The translations under genes were made by a program, and so were the position numbers. A model generated the notes under the pieces. The model was not told the origin of the DNA. It saw only the letters and a list, made by a program, of their open reading frames with translations, and made no database searches. From contig CAMPEQ010000010.1 in assembly GCA_946803585.1 (NCBI GenBank), positions 143,052 through 207,051 on the forward strand: a stretch of 64,000 bases of DNA, in the 5' to 3' direction. Origin of the DNA: an uncultured Actinomycetes bacterium (GTDB lineage: Bacteria > Actinomycetota > Actinomycetes > S36-B12 > UBA10799). Below are positions 49,320 to 58,710 of this stretch, one piece after another (the first letter of the stretch is position 1; each line of letters opens with the position of its first letter).

Positions 49320-50491
49320 GCGACAGCCTCCGTGATCGGGAGACGGGTGCGCCCGGTGAGCAGTTCTTGCATCATCCCTTGCTTGATCGCCCGGGCCTTA
49401 GTGAGACGTTGGCGGAGTGTGTCGATCACGACATCGGCGTCGTCGAGAGTAGCTCTAATTGCTATCTGTTCATCCTTGTCTGGCAGTCTCAGCTCCACGC
49501 TCTCTACTCTTGTCGAACTGAGGCTCGGAACACCCGACGCCTCGCTCATCGAACGCCAGTCGACAGTCTGAAAAACGTAGTACAAGTATCGGGGGTCAGC
49601 GTCATCCCGAATCTCGGTGTAGAAGAGGGTGTCGACCGTCCAGAACGGCGAGTCTCGAAATTGAGGTCGGTCGATCGTTCCCTTCCGTCCGATCAACACA
49701 GATGCCTTCGAATAGATAGGCACCCGCGCCCAGCCGATCTGTCCACCGGTAGCCAGAATCGGAAAGCAGCTGTTTCCGACCTCAACTTGCTTCTGATCGC
49801 GACCATGGCGAACTGTCAGCACGTCGCGTAACCGTGCCTCGCGCCATGGCTCGGTGAAGCCGGGGAGGCGGGTTTGGCCAGTGAGGAGTTGTTGCATCAT
49901 TCCCTGCTTGGTTGATTCCTTTTTCTTGATCAATCGTTCAAGCGTGACGATCAGTTCGTCGGCGTCCGACAGCACCTCCGCGATGCGCTTCTGTTCGGGG
50001 AGGGGTGGGACGGGGAGCCGCAGTTGACGGAGGTCCCGCGAGTAAATTGCGGCGACGCTCGTTGTTCCTGTGGCTAGCCCTCGGATCTTGTTGATCGCAC
50101 CCTCGGCATTCAATGCGTACCCGAAGTACACGCTACTTCCACAATGCTCTCGCTGGAACTCGAATCGCAGGATGTTGGAGTTGTAGTACGCCCTAGGCAG
50201 TTCCGCCTTCCAGATTGCAACCTTCCCAACGAGGTCAAGAGTGTTCCGGGTGTTCAACAGGACGTCGCCGAAGAAGAGTCTGTGCTCCTCAAGCGGCTCC
50301 TCGTCCTTCGGAATGTACTCCAGCGTTGACACGTCGATCCGGGAACGACCAATGTTCCCCATCTTGATCAAGGGCGCGCTAGTGACGTTCGAGTCGTTTC
50401 GGTAGTTACCCCCGAGCCTGAGAACGGCCAGGTCATCGACGGGACGCTCGTCCCAATCTGAAGGGAAGCGTCCGACTACCGTGCCAGTCAT
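49316..50491 (-). CDS. hsdS: Type I restriction-modification specificity subunit S
   Basis: Two target-recognition halves, each followed by a conserved helix: LPEQKRIAEVLSDADELIVTLERLIKKKESTKQGMMQQLLTG and DKDEQIAIRATLDDADVVIDTLRQRLTKARAIKQGMMQELLTG. Confidence 0.92.
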   Translation of the reverse strand: MTGTVVGRFPSDWDERPVDDLAVLRLGGNYRNDSNVTSAPLIKMGNIGRSRIDVSTLEYIPKDEEPLEEHRLFFGDVLLNTRNTLDLVGKVAIWKAELPRAYYNSNILRFEFQREHCGSSVYFGYALNAEGAINKIRGLATGTTSVAAIYSRDLRQLRLPVPPLPEQKRIAEVLSDADELIVTLERLIKKKESTKQGMMQQLLTGQTRLPGFTEPWREARLRDVLTVRHGRDQKQVEVGNSCFPILATGGQIGWARVPIYSKASVLIGRKGTIDRPQFRDSPFWTVDTLFYTEIRDDADPRYLYYVFQTVDWRSMSEASGVPSLSSTRVESVELRLPDKDEQIAIRATLDDADVVIDTLRQRLTKARAIKQGMMQELLTGRTRLPITEAVA

Positions 50492-52920
50492 CGGTGTCCC
50501 ATTTCCGCAAGGTGCTTCGCGACGCGGGCTTCTAGGTCGGCGAGTTTGGCTTCGAGGTCGCCGACGGTTTGGTCGTAGCGTTCGCCGAGTTCGCGGATGC
50601 GATCGACAAGAGACAGAGTGAGTGCTGTCAGTTCACCGGAAACGCGATCGGCGATCGTTGCCAGCCACTTGCCATCAAGACCGAGTTCTTGAACAGCCGC
50701 CGAGTCCAGCTCCCCGTACCTCGCGAGGGTCTGGGTATCGAGCGTTTGCTGCGCGAGCTTGACGTCCTTCTTCGCATCCGCTTCGGCTGAATACAGCGCG
50801 ATCAGATTCTCCAAGGCAGCGACTTCCTCAGCATCCGTTCCCTCATTCTTCGCGGCTTTGAGGCGCGCCTTCGCGAGAGCATTGCTGATCTTTCCGTCGT
50901 CCATCGCCTCAGCGAGCAGGCCGTCTTCTACTGCGTGTTCCTCGACGTACTCTTCAACAGCGCGGCCTGCCTCGTCGGCCTGCTGTTGTAGCGCATCAAC
51001 GTCCCGCTGTTCCGCAGACAAGAAATGCCCAGCGATCAGCGCTGGCGGGATCAGATCCATCTTGTACTTGGCCGCGCTTCGTCCTGAACCGATGACGAGG
51101 TCAGGTGTCTCGGTGATCTTGCGGTCCTTGTCGTCGATCGTTTTGCGTGGACGGGACGCCTCGACCCATCCGTCGCTCATCAGCAAGAACACGTCGTCGT
51201 GCATCACGGAGTGCCAGTACGCCATCAGTTGCTCGTAGACATCGTATTCATCCAGGAGTGGTGTCTCGGTGAATCTCTCAAGTAAGTCATTCGCGAGGCT
51301 AGCAATCAGCTCATTCGGCCGGGTATCGGCGTCAATCGCAAGCAGCGACTTGCGGTGCGCCTCGAACCAATCTGTGACCTTGGCCGTCACCTCGTCGGTG
51401 AACGTGACGAACTCGGCTGAATCGAGGATCGCTTGCTGCACGTCGCTGACCGGAATCGTTAGATCGCTGTAGCCCGGACGGTTCTGGGTGAACAGTGTGG
51501 ACCGCAAACTTGGGAACGCATCCCAGAAAGCTGACAGTGCATCGATGTCAGCGTCGGGGATGCCCCCGTGTAAGTGTGCGTGTAGGTCCTGGATGTCTTC
51601 TGGATCTGATCCGTCGATGTAGCGCGGGATGTTCAGGTTGTAGTCGTTGGCTTCGTTCGCAATCTCGGCCAGCGGAACCATGCGGGAATAGCCGGGCACA
51701 TCGGTCTGCTTGGTGAACACGTCAACGACCTTGTGGATGTCTTGGCTACGCAGACGGTTCTTAGGCCCGTCTTTGATGAACCCCTTGGACGCATCAACCA
51801 TGAAGACGCCCGTACGTGCCTGGGCGTCGTGCTTGTCGATGATGACGATGCACGCGGGGATACCAGTTCCGTAGAAGAGGTTCGCGGGCAGCCCAATGAT
51901 GCCCTTGATGTAGCCGCGTTTGAGGAGGTTGCGTCGAATACCTGCCTCGGCGTTCCCTCGAAACAGCACGCCATGCGGCAAGATCACCGCTGCCTTACCG
52001 TTGCTCTTGAGCGAGTTGAGCACGTGGAGCAGGAACGCGTAGTCACCGTTCTTCTCCGGTGGCCGACCTAGCGCGAATCGGTCGTAGTCATTCTCAAGTC
52101 CGTTGCTCCACGACTTCACCGAGAACGGCGGGTTGGCGACAGCGAAGTCGAAGGTGCGCAGCGCTGAGCCATTGACGAACTTCGGGTTCGTGATCGTGTC
52201 ACCCTTGAGGATGTCGGCATCCTCGTGGCCGTGCAGAATCATGTTCATCTTTGACAGTGCCCAGGTGGCATTGTCCTTCTCTTGCCCGTAGATCGTGATA
52301 CCTCGGGGTGCTTGATCGGCCGCCTTCAGAAGCAACGAACCTGAACCACAGGTCGGGTCGTACACAGTCTGGTCCTGCTTTGTGTCAGGCCCGATGCCAA
52401 CGACTTGGGCAAGTATTCGAGAGACCTCAGCGGGGGTGTAGAACTGACCCTTCGACTTGCCGGATTCGGTAGCGAAGTGGCGCATCAAATACTCGTACGC
52501 ATCCCCAAGGAGGTCGTCGCCCTCGGCCCGACTGCCGCGAAAATCCAGGTCAGCAAAGATGCTGACCAGCTTGGTGAGCCGGTCTTGCATCTCTTTACCC
52601 TTGCCCAGCTTCTCTTCATCATTGAAGTCAGCGAGGTCAATGACCTTCTCAAGACTGTTGGCCGCTGCTAGCTTGCCGATGACTTTATTGATCTTGTCGC
52701 CGATTTCCTTGTCACCACGCAACGAGACCATATCCTCGAACGAGCCACCCGTGGGCACATCGATGAGGCTGTTGGGGTCGGTCGCGGCCTTGTCGGTCAC
52801 GTACTTCACGAACAGCATCGTGAGGATGTAGTCCTTGTACTGCGACGCATCCATCCCACCACGAAGCTCGTCGCAACTCTTCCATAGCGAGCTATATAGA
52901 TCAGACTTCTTGATTGCCAA
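50488..52920 (-). CDS. hsdM: Type I restriction-modification methyltransferase subunit M, with a long C-terminal extension
   Basis: TTG start 8 nt after GGAGG. HsdM N-domain (KSDLYSSLWKSCDELRG), AdoMet motif DPTCGSGS, catalytic NPPF. 810 aa versus about 500-540 for classic HsdM. Confidence 0.95.
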   Translation of the reverse strand: MAIKKSDLYSSLWKSCDELRGGMDASQYKDYILTMLFVKYVTDKAATDPNSLIDVPTGGSFEDMVSLRGDKEIGDKINKVIGKLAAANSLEKVIDLADFNDEEKLGKGKEMQDRLTKLVSIFADLDFRGSRAEGDDLLGDAYEYLMRHFATESGKSKGQFYTPAEVSRILAQVVGIGPDTKQDQTVYDPTCGSGSLLLKAADQAPRGITIYGQEKDNATWALSKMNMILHGHEDADILKGDTITNPKFVNGSALRTFDFAVANPPFSVKSWSNGLENDYDRFALGRPPEKNGDYAFLLHVLNSLKSNGKAAVILPHGVLFRGNAEAGIRRNLLKRGYIKGIIGLPANLFYGTGIPACIVIIDKHDAQARTGVFMVDASKGFIKDGPKNRLRSQDIHKVVDVFTKQTDVPGYSRMVPLAEIANEANDYNLNIPRYIDGSDPEDIQDLHAHLHGGIPDADIDALSAFWDAFPSLRSTLFTQNRPGYSDLTIPVSDVQQAILDSAEFVTFTDEVTAKVTDWFEAHRKSLLAIDADTRPNELIASLANDLLERFTETPLLDEYDVYEQLMAYWHSVMHDDVFLLMSDGWVEASRPRKTIDDKDRKITETPDLVIGSGRSAAKYKMDLIPPALIAGHFLSAEQRDVDALQQQADEAGRAVEEYVEEHAVEDGLLAEAMDDGKISNALAKARLKAAKNEGTDAEEVAALENLIALYSAEADAKKDVKLAQQTLDTQTLARYGELDSAAVQELGLDGKWLATIADRVSGELTALTLSLVDRIRELGERYDQTVGDLEAKLADLEARVAKHLAEMGHR

Positions 52921-53144
52921 CTGACTAACCTCCGGAAGATACTGCGCTAAGACTAGGGGGCCAGAGCGGCCTGACCCCAAATCCCGCTGTTCTTGATCCA
53001 GGCTAGCGAGGCTATGTGACAGTTCAGTTGATCAGGTGCGTTAGATCAACATCCCCCACAGTGGCAGCGGCCACCGGAACCATAAGGCGACAGCAAGTTC
53101 GCGCCCGGCTTGGTTGAGGGCGTCCCGTCACTTAGGTTGGAACT

Positions 53145-53846
53145 ATGGCTCGGCTATTGGCACTCACGATCGTCGCGTCATCCTGCGCCCTGATAGCGGT
53201 TGGTTGCTCGACGGCCTCTGCGCCGCAGGCAGCTTCGACCCCCGATGAGTCACCAGCTACTAGTTGGCTACTCACGGTATCTGGGACGGGAAGGGCTGAA
53301 TCAATCAACGGCCAGCGCTACCTGACACTGAGCAAGACCAGCGAGGCTCTCGGGTTCACGTCTCGCCCGGCCCGATCGCAGATCGAGATGCCCGCGTCCT
53401 CCATCGTGGCGCTATGGCAGGGATTCGGTTTTCAATCCGACCCGCCGAATGCGGCCATCAGCAACGGTGAATCCTCGCAAGCCGTCGTGCTCCGCAATCC
53501 TGCGCTCACGGCAAATGGTTCAATCCGTTGGCTCGCACCAGCACTGCAAGGCCCGCTCGGGGCAAACACCACCGTCACCATCGACGGAGGAGTCGTCAAC
53601 TCTCAAGTGACTGACACAATCACCGAGACAAATGTGAAGGCCCTCGGAACGCCCGCAGCATCGGCGATCGGCAATGACTACGACCAGGCAACGACCACCC
53701 TGCGCAATGCCACAACTGAACCAACTGGCGCCGAACTCCAGAAGTTGACGCTGACCAGCGAGGAGACCTCTGCGATTGCGCGAATCCTGCAGACGACTGG
53801 AGGGCAGGGCGTTCCTGGTGCCAACACTCCCGCGGACCTGCCTTAG
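53145..53846 (+). CDS. hypothetical lipoprotein
   Basis: Lipobox LIAVGCS. 233 aa, Thr/Ala/Ser-rich. No motif recognised. Confidence 0.5.
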   Translation: MARLLALTIVASSCALIAVGCSTASAPQAASTPDESPATSWLLTVSGTGRAESINGQRYLTLSKTSEALGFTSRPARSQIEMPASSIVALWQGFGFQSDPPNAAISNGESSQAVVLRNPALTANGSIRWLAPALQGPLGANTTVTIDGGVVNSQVTDTITETNVKALGTPAASAIGNDYDQATTTLRNATTEPTGAELQKLTLTSEETSAIARILQTTGGQGVPGANTPADLP

Positions 53847-53974
53847 GAACTGCCCCGCATTGCCCAGCACTGTGAGACACGCGCGCCGCAACCAATCGCG
53901 GTGAAGTCCGTGCAGCTCTGCGCGTCGATCGATGTTTCCGCGACCGAACGGCGCACGCGCCATGTCTAGCCGTC

Positions 53975-54353
53975 TGGTGGAGGTGCCGAGAATCGAACTC
54001 GGGTCCAACGAAACAAATAAGAGGATTCTCCGGGTGCAGTCGCGTTACTCGCTATTCGGCCTCTCCATTCTTGTGCGACCCGACGGAGATAGCGGCCTAG
54101 TCAGCTGTTTGATTTCCCGTTCACTTCCGCTAACCGAAATGATTGGTGAGTCTTCTAGTCGACGCCGGGATCTGGAGGGAAGACACCCCCAGGCCGACGG
54201 ATCTATATGGCTCTACTGCAATTAAGCAGCGAGAGCGAGATCAGTGCGCTTGGTATCTGCACTTGTTTTTTCAACGGAGCGTTAATGAGATAACCGTTGA
54301 TCCTCAACCCGCTTCACTCTTCTCTGCAAACGTTGTCGAAACCGTTCACCCCC
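53975..54353 (-). ncRNA. ssrA: transfer-messenger RNA (tmRNA)
   Basis: 5' GGGGGUGAACGGUUUCGACA... pairs with 3' ...CACCUCCACCA, including the G3:U pair. T arm CCGAG-UUCGAUU-CUCGG. The internal tag frame GCA GAT ACC AAG CGC ACT GAT CTC GCT CTC GCT GCT TAA encodes ADTKRTDLALAA (54222..54260). Confidence 0.9.
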
Positions 54354-54581
54354 TGTGTAGTTATCCGACCACTCTACGCCTGAGCTCCGACACCACGCAT
54401 CCGCATTACTTGGCCCCTCCATCCCTCGCTCCGCACCTCCCCTAGACAAGCGAGTGATCTGAGTCGCAAATGTGTGTAGGAGGGCAGCATTCGGGCATCA
54501 CCGGAGGGCAAGTGCTAAGCGCCGGTAGGTACTGGCTTCGGCACTGAGTTACCGAGCAGGACCGAGAAAAGGGATAAGACC

Positions 54582-55091
54582 ATGGATGCGATGAGCGCAG
54601 CCCTCACAACTATCTACTTCGGAATGCCGCTATGGGCGTGGATCGCAGCCGGGTTAGCAATCGTGATTCTCATTGCGATGATGGTCGCGGTCTCGATCAG
54701 CTCGAAGAAGCGCGCTAAGTGGGACCGTGCTTTCTACCTACGCAGGGCCGACGCTCGCTGGTTTGCTGACTCGCTGACGCTGGCAGTGGCAGATCGCACG
54801 AAGGGAACCCCCGAACTCGTCCGTACGTGGACTGATGGCGTTCCGCGAATGTCTACCCTGAGCCAACAGCTTTACGAACTCTCGACGATGGCCCCTAGTG
54901 ACAAGCGTGCACGTCAACCACGCCAACTTGCCACAGCGGTAGACAACCTGCGAAGTGCACTTGATGCCGATGTGCGACTGCGGACCCAAGGCACTGCACC
55001 TGGCCAAGAATCGGTGATCGCTGAGTCAGCGATGGTTGTTGCCCAGCGCCGACGTGACCTTGACCAGACTCTGTTCGCGCTCAGCAGTTAG
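54582..55091 (+). CDS. hypothetical single-pass membrane protein
   Basis: 169 aa with one TM (LWAWIAAGLAIVILIAMMVAV). No motif recognised. Confidence 0.5.
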   Translation: MDAMSAALTTIYFGMPLWAWIAAGLAIVILIAMMVAVSISSKKRAKWDRAFYLRRADARWFADSLTLAVADRTKGTPELVRTWTDGVPRMSTLSQQLYELSTMAPSDKRARQPRQLATAVDNLRSALDADVRLRTQGTAPGQESVIAESAMVVAQRRRDLDQTLFALSS

Positions 55092-55108
55092 CGGTAAGTG
55101 GGCATCGC

Positions 55109-55942
55109 CTAGCCAGCGCCAATCGCAACAACCCCGGCGAGCGCTAGCGCAACGCCGAGGTACTGAACGGCACGCAACCGCTCACCGAGAATGATCCAGG
55201 CCAGAATCACCGTCACGACGGGATATAGCGAACCGAGGACCGCGACCAAAGCGAGCAATCCGATCGCCGAGGCAATCCCGAAGAGCAGGTTCGCGGTCAC
55301 ATCCATCGTCCCGATCAACGCCAACACTGGCGAGTCAGATCTACCAACGCCACCGAGGGATCGCAACGCAATAGCGACGGTGAGAACAATGACGACAGAG
55401 ATCGCTCGCTGAGCGGTCATCGTCATAAGGATGCTGGACTCGGCGCCTATCGCCAGGCAGACCAGAAATATCCCGATCATCGCGGCCGCTACTAGCGCCA
55501 GCACCACAGGTCGCAATCCCACCGCGCCAGTGATCTCGGGGGTGGCGGCTAAGAGCACTCCTACGATGGCCAGACAGATCCCGAGATACTGCCACGAAGA
55601 CGGCCGGTCACCTTCCCATAGTCCGAATCCGAGCGGCACCAGAACACTCAATCCGGCGATTGGTGAGACCACCGACATCGACCCGGTAGCCAGTGCCTTG
55701 TAGAAGCAGACCAAACCAACCAGGCCCGCGACACTGGCCAATAGCGACCACGGTAAGTAGGCCCCAACGGGCACGTCGACCCAAGCGGTCGTCACCACGG
55801 CAAGAATCCCGACGACGCCGAGGCCGACCACTTGCGCGGCCCCGGCAACCGCGAACGCCGCTCGCGTCTTCGTGAGGTTGCCAGCGAGGAAGTCCGACGT
55901 CCCCCACATCACGCTGCTCAACAGCGCAAGGACCGCCGCCAT
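55109..55942 (-). CDS. EamA/DMT family transporter
   Basis: Ten TM helices in two EamA-like halves. The start shares one base with the upstream stop (TGATG). Confidence 0.85.
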   Translation of the reverse strand: MAAVLALLSSVMWGTSDFLAGNLTKTRAAFAVAGAAQVVGLGVVGILAVVTTAWVDVPVGAYLPWSLLASVAGLVGLVCFYKALATGSMSVVSPIAGLSVLVPLGFGLWEGDRPSSWQYLGICLAIVGVLLAATPEITGAVGLRPVVLALVAAAMIGIFLVCLAIGAESSILMTMTAQRAISVVIVLTVAIALRSLGGVGRSDSPVLALIGTMDVTANLLFGIASAIGLLALVAVLGSLYPVVTVILAWIILGERLRAVQYLGVALALAGVVAIGAG

Positions 55943-56808
55943 CAGGTGCGCCTGAACAACTCGTTCGCGTTTGAGTACAGAACCGCTCGTAGCCAGTCAT
56001 CACCAAGCTCGAGTCGCTCAAGCGCAGCAACCGCATCGGCGTAGGAGTACGGGATGTTCGGGAAGTCCGAGCCGAAGAGGATGTCGCCCCGAAGTCCGGC
56101 CGCCCGAAGCCGCCCCAACTCGCGGGTTGGGAATGGTGCGAGGTGATTCATGAAGTCAGTGAAAGCCATCGTGGTGTCGAGCCGAACGCCGGGGAACTCC
56201 TCCGCTAGGTCGAGGAATCCGCTGTACTCCGGGGCGCCCATGTGGGCAACTATCACCTGCAAACCTGGCCGACTCTCGATGACTTCTCTGATCGGCTCTA
56301 CCCCAGTGAACTCCCCGGGAATCGGGCCAGACCCACAATGGGCAACGACTGGAATCGAATGCTGCGCAAGTAAGTCCCACACTGACTCGAGCTGCGGGTG
56401 CCGCGGATCAAAGGCGCCAACCTGGAGGTGGATCTTGAATACTCGGGCACCTCGCTCGATCGCCTCAGCCGTGTACTGAGCGACGCCCTGCTCGGGATAG
56501 AACGTTCCCGTCGGGACACAATCCGGATGGGACTGCGCGAAGTCCAGCGACCAATCATTCAACCAAGCCGCCATTGCTGGCTTATGCGCGTAGACCAACG
56601 ACGTATAGCCGATCACCCCGAAGCTTGCCAGCCTGCTAACCCGCTCATCCTGAGCGAGGCGGTACTCGATCGGCCACGAGATCCCGTAGGCCTGCTGTGC
56701 ATTGTCAAAGTACGTCCAGACCTTCTCCATCACCTCGTCGGGCATGAAGTGTGAATGGACATCGATAATGCCCGAGATTCCTAGTCGGTCGATGACCGCC
56801 AGCGTCAC
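55942..56808 (-). CDS. amidohydrolase family protein (amidohydrolase-2 type)
   Basis: [10 protein letters not shown] metal site, HC and H motifs further on. The GTG start overlaps the smpB stop (GTGA). Confidence 0.8.
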   Translation of the reverse strand: MTLAVIDRLGISGIIDVHSHFMPDEVMEKVWTYFDNAQQAYGISWPIEYRLAQDERVSRLASFGVIGYTSLVYAHKPAMAAWLNDWSLDFAQSHPDCVPTGTFYPEQGVAQYTAEAIERGARVFKIHLQVGAFDPRHPQLESVWDLLAQHSIPVVAHCGSGPIPGEFTGVEPIREVIESRPGLQVIVAHMGAPEYSGFLDLAEEFPGVRLDTTMAFTDFMNHLAPFPTRELGRLRAAGLRGDILFGSDFPNIPYSYADAVAALERLELGDDWLRAVLYSNANELFRRT

Positions 56809-57290
56809 TCGTCCATTCCCTTGGCACGTCGACCCATCGCTCGATCCGCTTCCCGTTTTGCGCTTCGCTCGGCGATGGCATGACGCTTGTCATATGCCTT
56901 ACGCCCGCGCGCAACCGCGATCTCGACCTTTGCGTTGCCATCTTTGAAATAGATCGACAACGGGATGAGGGTCCAGCCACCCTCTTTGGTCTTGTTCATC
57001 AGTTTCGAGATCTCTTGCCGGTGTAACAGAAGTTTGCGAGTGCGTCGCGGCTCGTGATTTGTCCAGGTTCCTTCGGTGTATTCCGGGATGTATACCGAGT
57101 GCAGCCAGACCTCGCCATCTTTGACGTCGGCATAACCATCGACCAGGGAGGCATGACCTGCCCGTAGTGACTTGACTTCGGTACCTTGCAGAACCAGGCC
57201 GGCCTCATAGACCGCGTCGATCGAGTAATCGTGGCGAGCTTTGCGATTCTGGGCAATGAGCTTCTTACCCTGTTCGCGCACCATGGGCAT
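56805..57290 (-). CDS. smpB: SsrA-binding protein
   Basis: [35 protein letters not shown]...KLLLHRQEI is canonical SmpB. GGAGG lies 10 nt upstream of ATG 57290. Confidence 0.95.
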   Translation of the reverse strand: MPMVREQGKKLIAQNRKARHDYSIDAVYEAGLVLQGTEVKSLRAGHASLVDGYADVKDGEVWLHSVYIPEYTEGTWTNHEPRRTRKLLLHRQEISKLMNKTKEGGWTLIPLSIYFKDGNAKVEIAVARGRKAYDKRHAIAERSAKREADRAMGRRAKGMDE

Positions 57291-57355
57291 ATCTTGGCAG
57301 CCTCCAGGTCGGCCGCGCGCCACGGGGAACGTCGAAGCTCCCCCAGCTCACCTGA

Positions 57356-58693
57356 TCAGGCGCAACTGACCCGATACTTGGAACCACCAAACCAGCCCAT
57401 CGGCTCGTACGGCACACCGTTGACGTGCACTTCGAAATGTAGATGCGGTCCCGTTGAGTACCCGGTTGATCCGACGTAGCCAATGACCTGGCCACGACTG
57501 ACATTCTGGCCATATCGAACAGTGACCCGCGACTGGTGGGCATACATCGTCGATAAGCCGCCACCGTGACTAATGAGTGTGTGGTTTCCGTACGGCCCAC
57601 CCGAGGCAACTGAGATAACCCGGCCACCTGCGGCTGCCCGGATCGCGGTGCCGGAGGGGGCACCAATATCGTCGCCGGTGTGACACGAGCTGTAGCCATA
57701 GACCGGGTGCACGCGCGGACCTGTTCGACCGCCAGCGCTGTAGCCCGGCGTCGGCCAACTCAGTGTTCCACTGCCTGATCCAGAACCTGACCCACCAGAG
57801 CCTGAGCTACCCGAACCCGAGCTGCCGGAGCCAGAGTTCTGCTTTTGCTGCTGCTTGGCTTCCTTCTCGCGAGCCTGACGGGCCGCCTCGGCGATCCGCG
57901 CCTGCTCAGCTTGGAGCGCCGCGTACTGCGCCCGCACGCTGTTTCGTTCCGAGTTCGCCTTTGCAACGATTGTCTTGCGTTGGGCAACCAACTCGTCAAC
58001 GATCTGCTTGGCTTGCGCGACCCGGTCTAGCGCGGCTTGAGCCTCGATCGCATGTTTGCTCGCTTCATCACGCAACACCTCTGCCTCAGCTTCGAGCCGC
58101 TTACCTTCAGCCAACTTGGCATCCAACTGAAGCTGCGCGGCAGCTAAGGCGTCTAGTGCACGACTATTGCCCTGCGATACGCGCCGCATCGCCGCCAACC
58201 GCTCGGCGAACTGCGCCGGGCTAGCCGAGTCAAAGAGAATTTGGATCTCTTCATACTGACCGCCGGAGGTATAGATAACGCGAGCGAGTGCGCCGATCTG
58301 TTTCCGTAGCTCCGCGATCTCCGCCTCGAGTTTGGCGACCTCTGCCTTGATTGCCGTGACAGCTTCCTCAGCTGCAACGAGGGCCGCTTGAGCCTTCGCT
58401 GCCTCGGCCTTGGCCTTCTCAACGTCCTTCTGAGCTTGGGACAGCTTCTTCTGGGCTGGGGCGATCTTGGCTTCAGCCTTGTCGAGTTCGGCCTTCACCT
58501 TGTTGACCTTCTTATTGGCCGAAGCTAGGTCGTCATCAGCTTGAGCTACTTGATCGTCGATCTTCGCTGTGGGTACGCCCGCGGCTACTCCGGTGGCCTC
58601 GACCGATCCCAGCGCGACGGCACACAATCCGGCCACTCCAACAGCCGCAACTGCCACCCGTACTCGCCGCGAACTAATCGCAATATCGCGCAT
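57356..58693 (-). CDS. coiled-coil M23 family metallopeptidase (EnvC/PcsB-like partner candidate for FtsEX)
   Basis: Signal peptide, about 270 aa of coiled coil, a Gln/Ser/Gly linker, and an M23 domain (HTGDDIGAP...GSTGYSTGPHLHFEVH). Confidence 0.85.
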   Translation of the reverse strand: MRDIAISSRRVRVAVAAVGVAGLCAVALGSVEATGVAAGVPTAKIDDQVAQADDDLASANKKVNKVKAELDKAEAKIAPAQKKLSQAQKDVEKAKAEAAKAQAALVAAEEAVTAIKAEVAKLEAEIAELRKQIGALARVIYTSGGQYEEIQILFDSASPAQFAERLAAMRRVSQGNSRALDALAAAQLQLDAKLAEGKRLEAEAEVLRDEASKHAIEAQAALDRVAQAKQIVDELVAQRKTIVAKANSERNSVRAQYAALQAEQARIAEAARQAREKEAKQQQKQNSGSGSSGSGSSGSGGSGSGSGSGTLSWPTPGYSAGGRTGPRVHPVYGYSSCHTGDDIGAPSGTAIRAAAGGRVISVASGGPYGNHTLISHGGGLSTMYAHQSRVTVRYGQNVSRGQVIGYVGSTGYSTGPHLHFEVHVNGVPYEPMGWFGGSKYRVSCA

Positions 58694-58710
58694 GTAGGTG
58701 ACGCTACCGG

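Noticed and set aside
42808-53974. Integrase, transposase, excisionase or att direct repeats that would define a mobile island
   Set aside because: No ORF in any frame shows tyrosine/serine recombinase or DDE motifs. I found no repeat of 12 nt or more from either the tRNA-Arg or the tmRNA 3' end. The only near-match (tccgcg-ccgaac, near 42890 and 53940) is short and imperfect. I therefore report only a 'bracketed accessory segment', not a mobile element.
53932-54445. Two plus-strand ORFs (97 aa and 100 aa) and the minus-strand ORF 53520..54008
   Set aside because: They overlap the tmRNA gene (53975..54353, minus strand), whose acceptor stem, T arm and tag frame are all clearly readable, or they run antisense to the lipoprotein gene.
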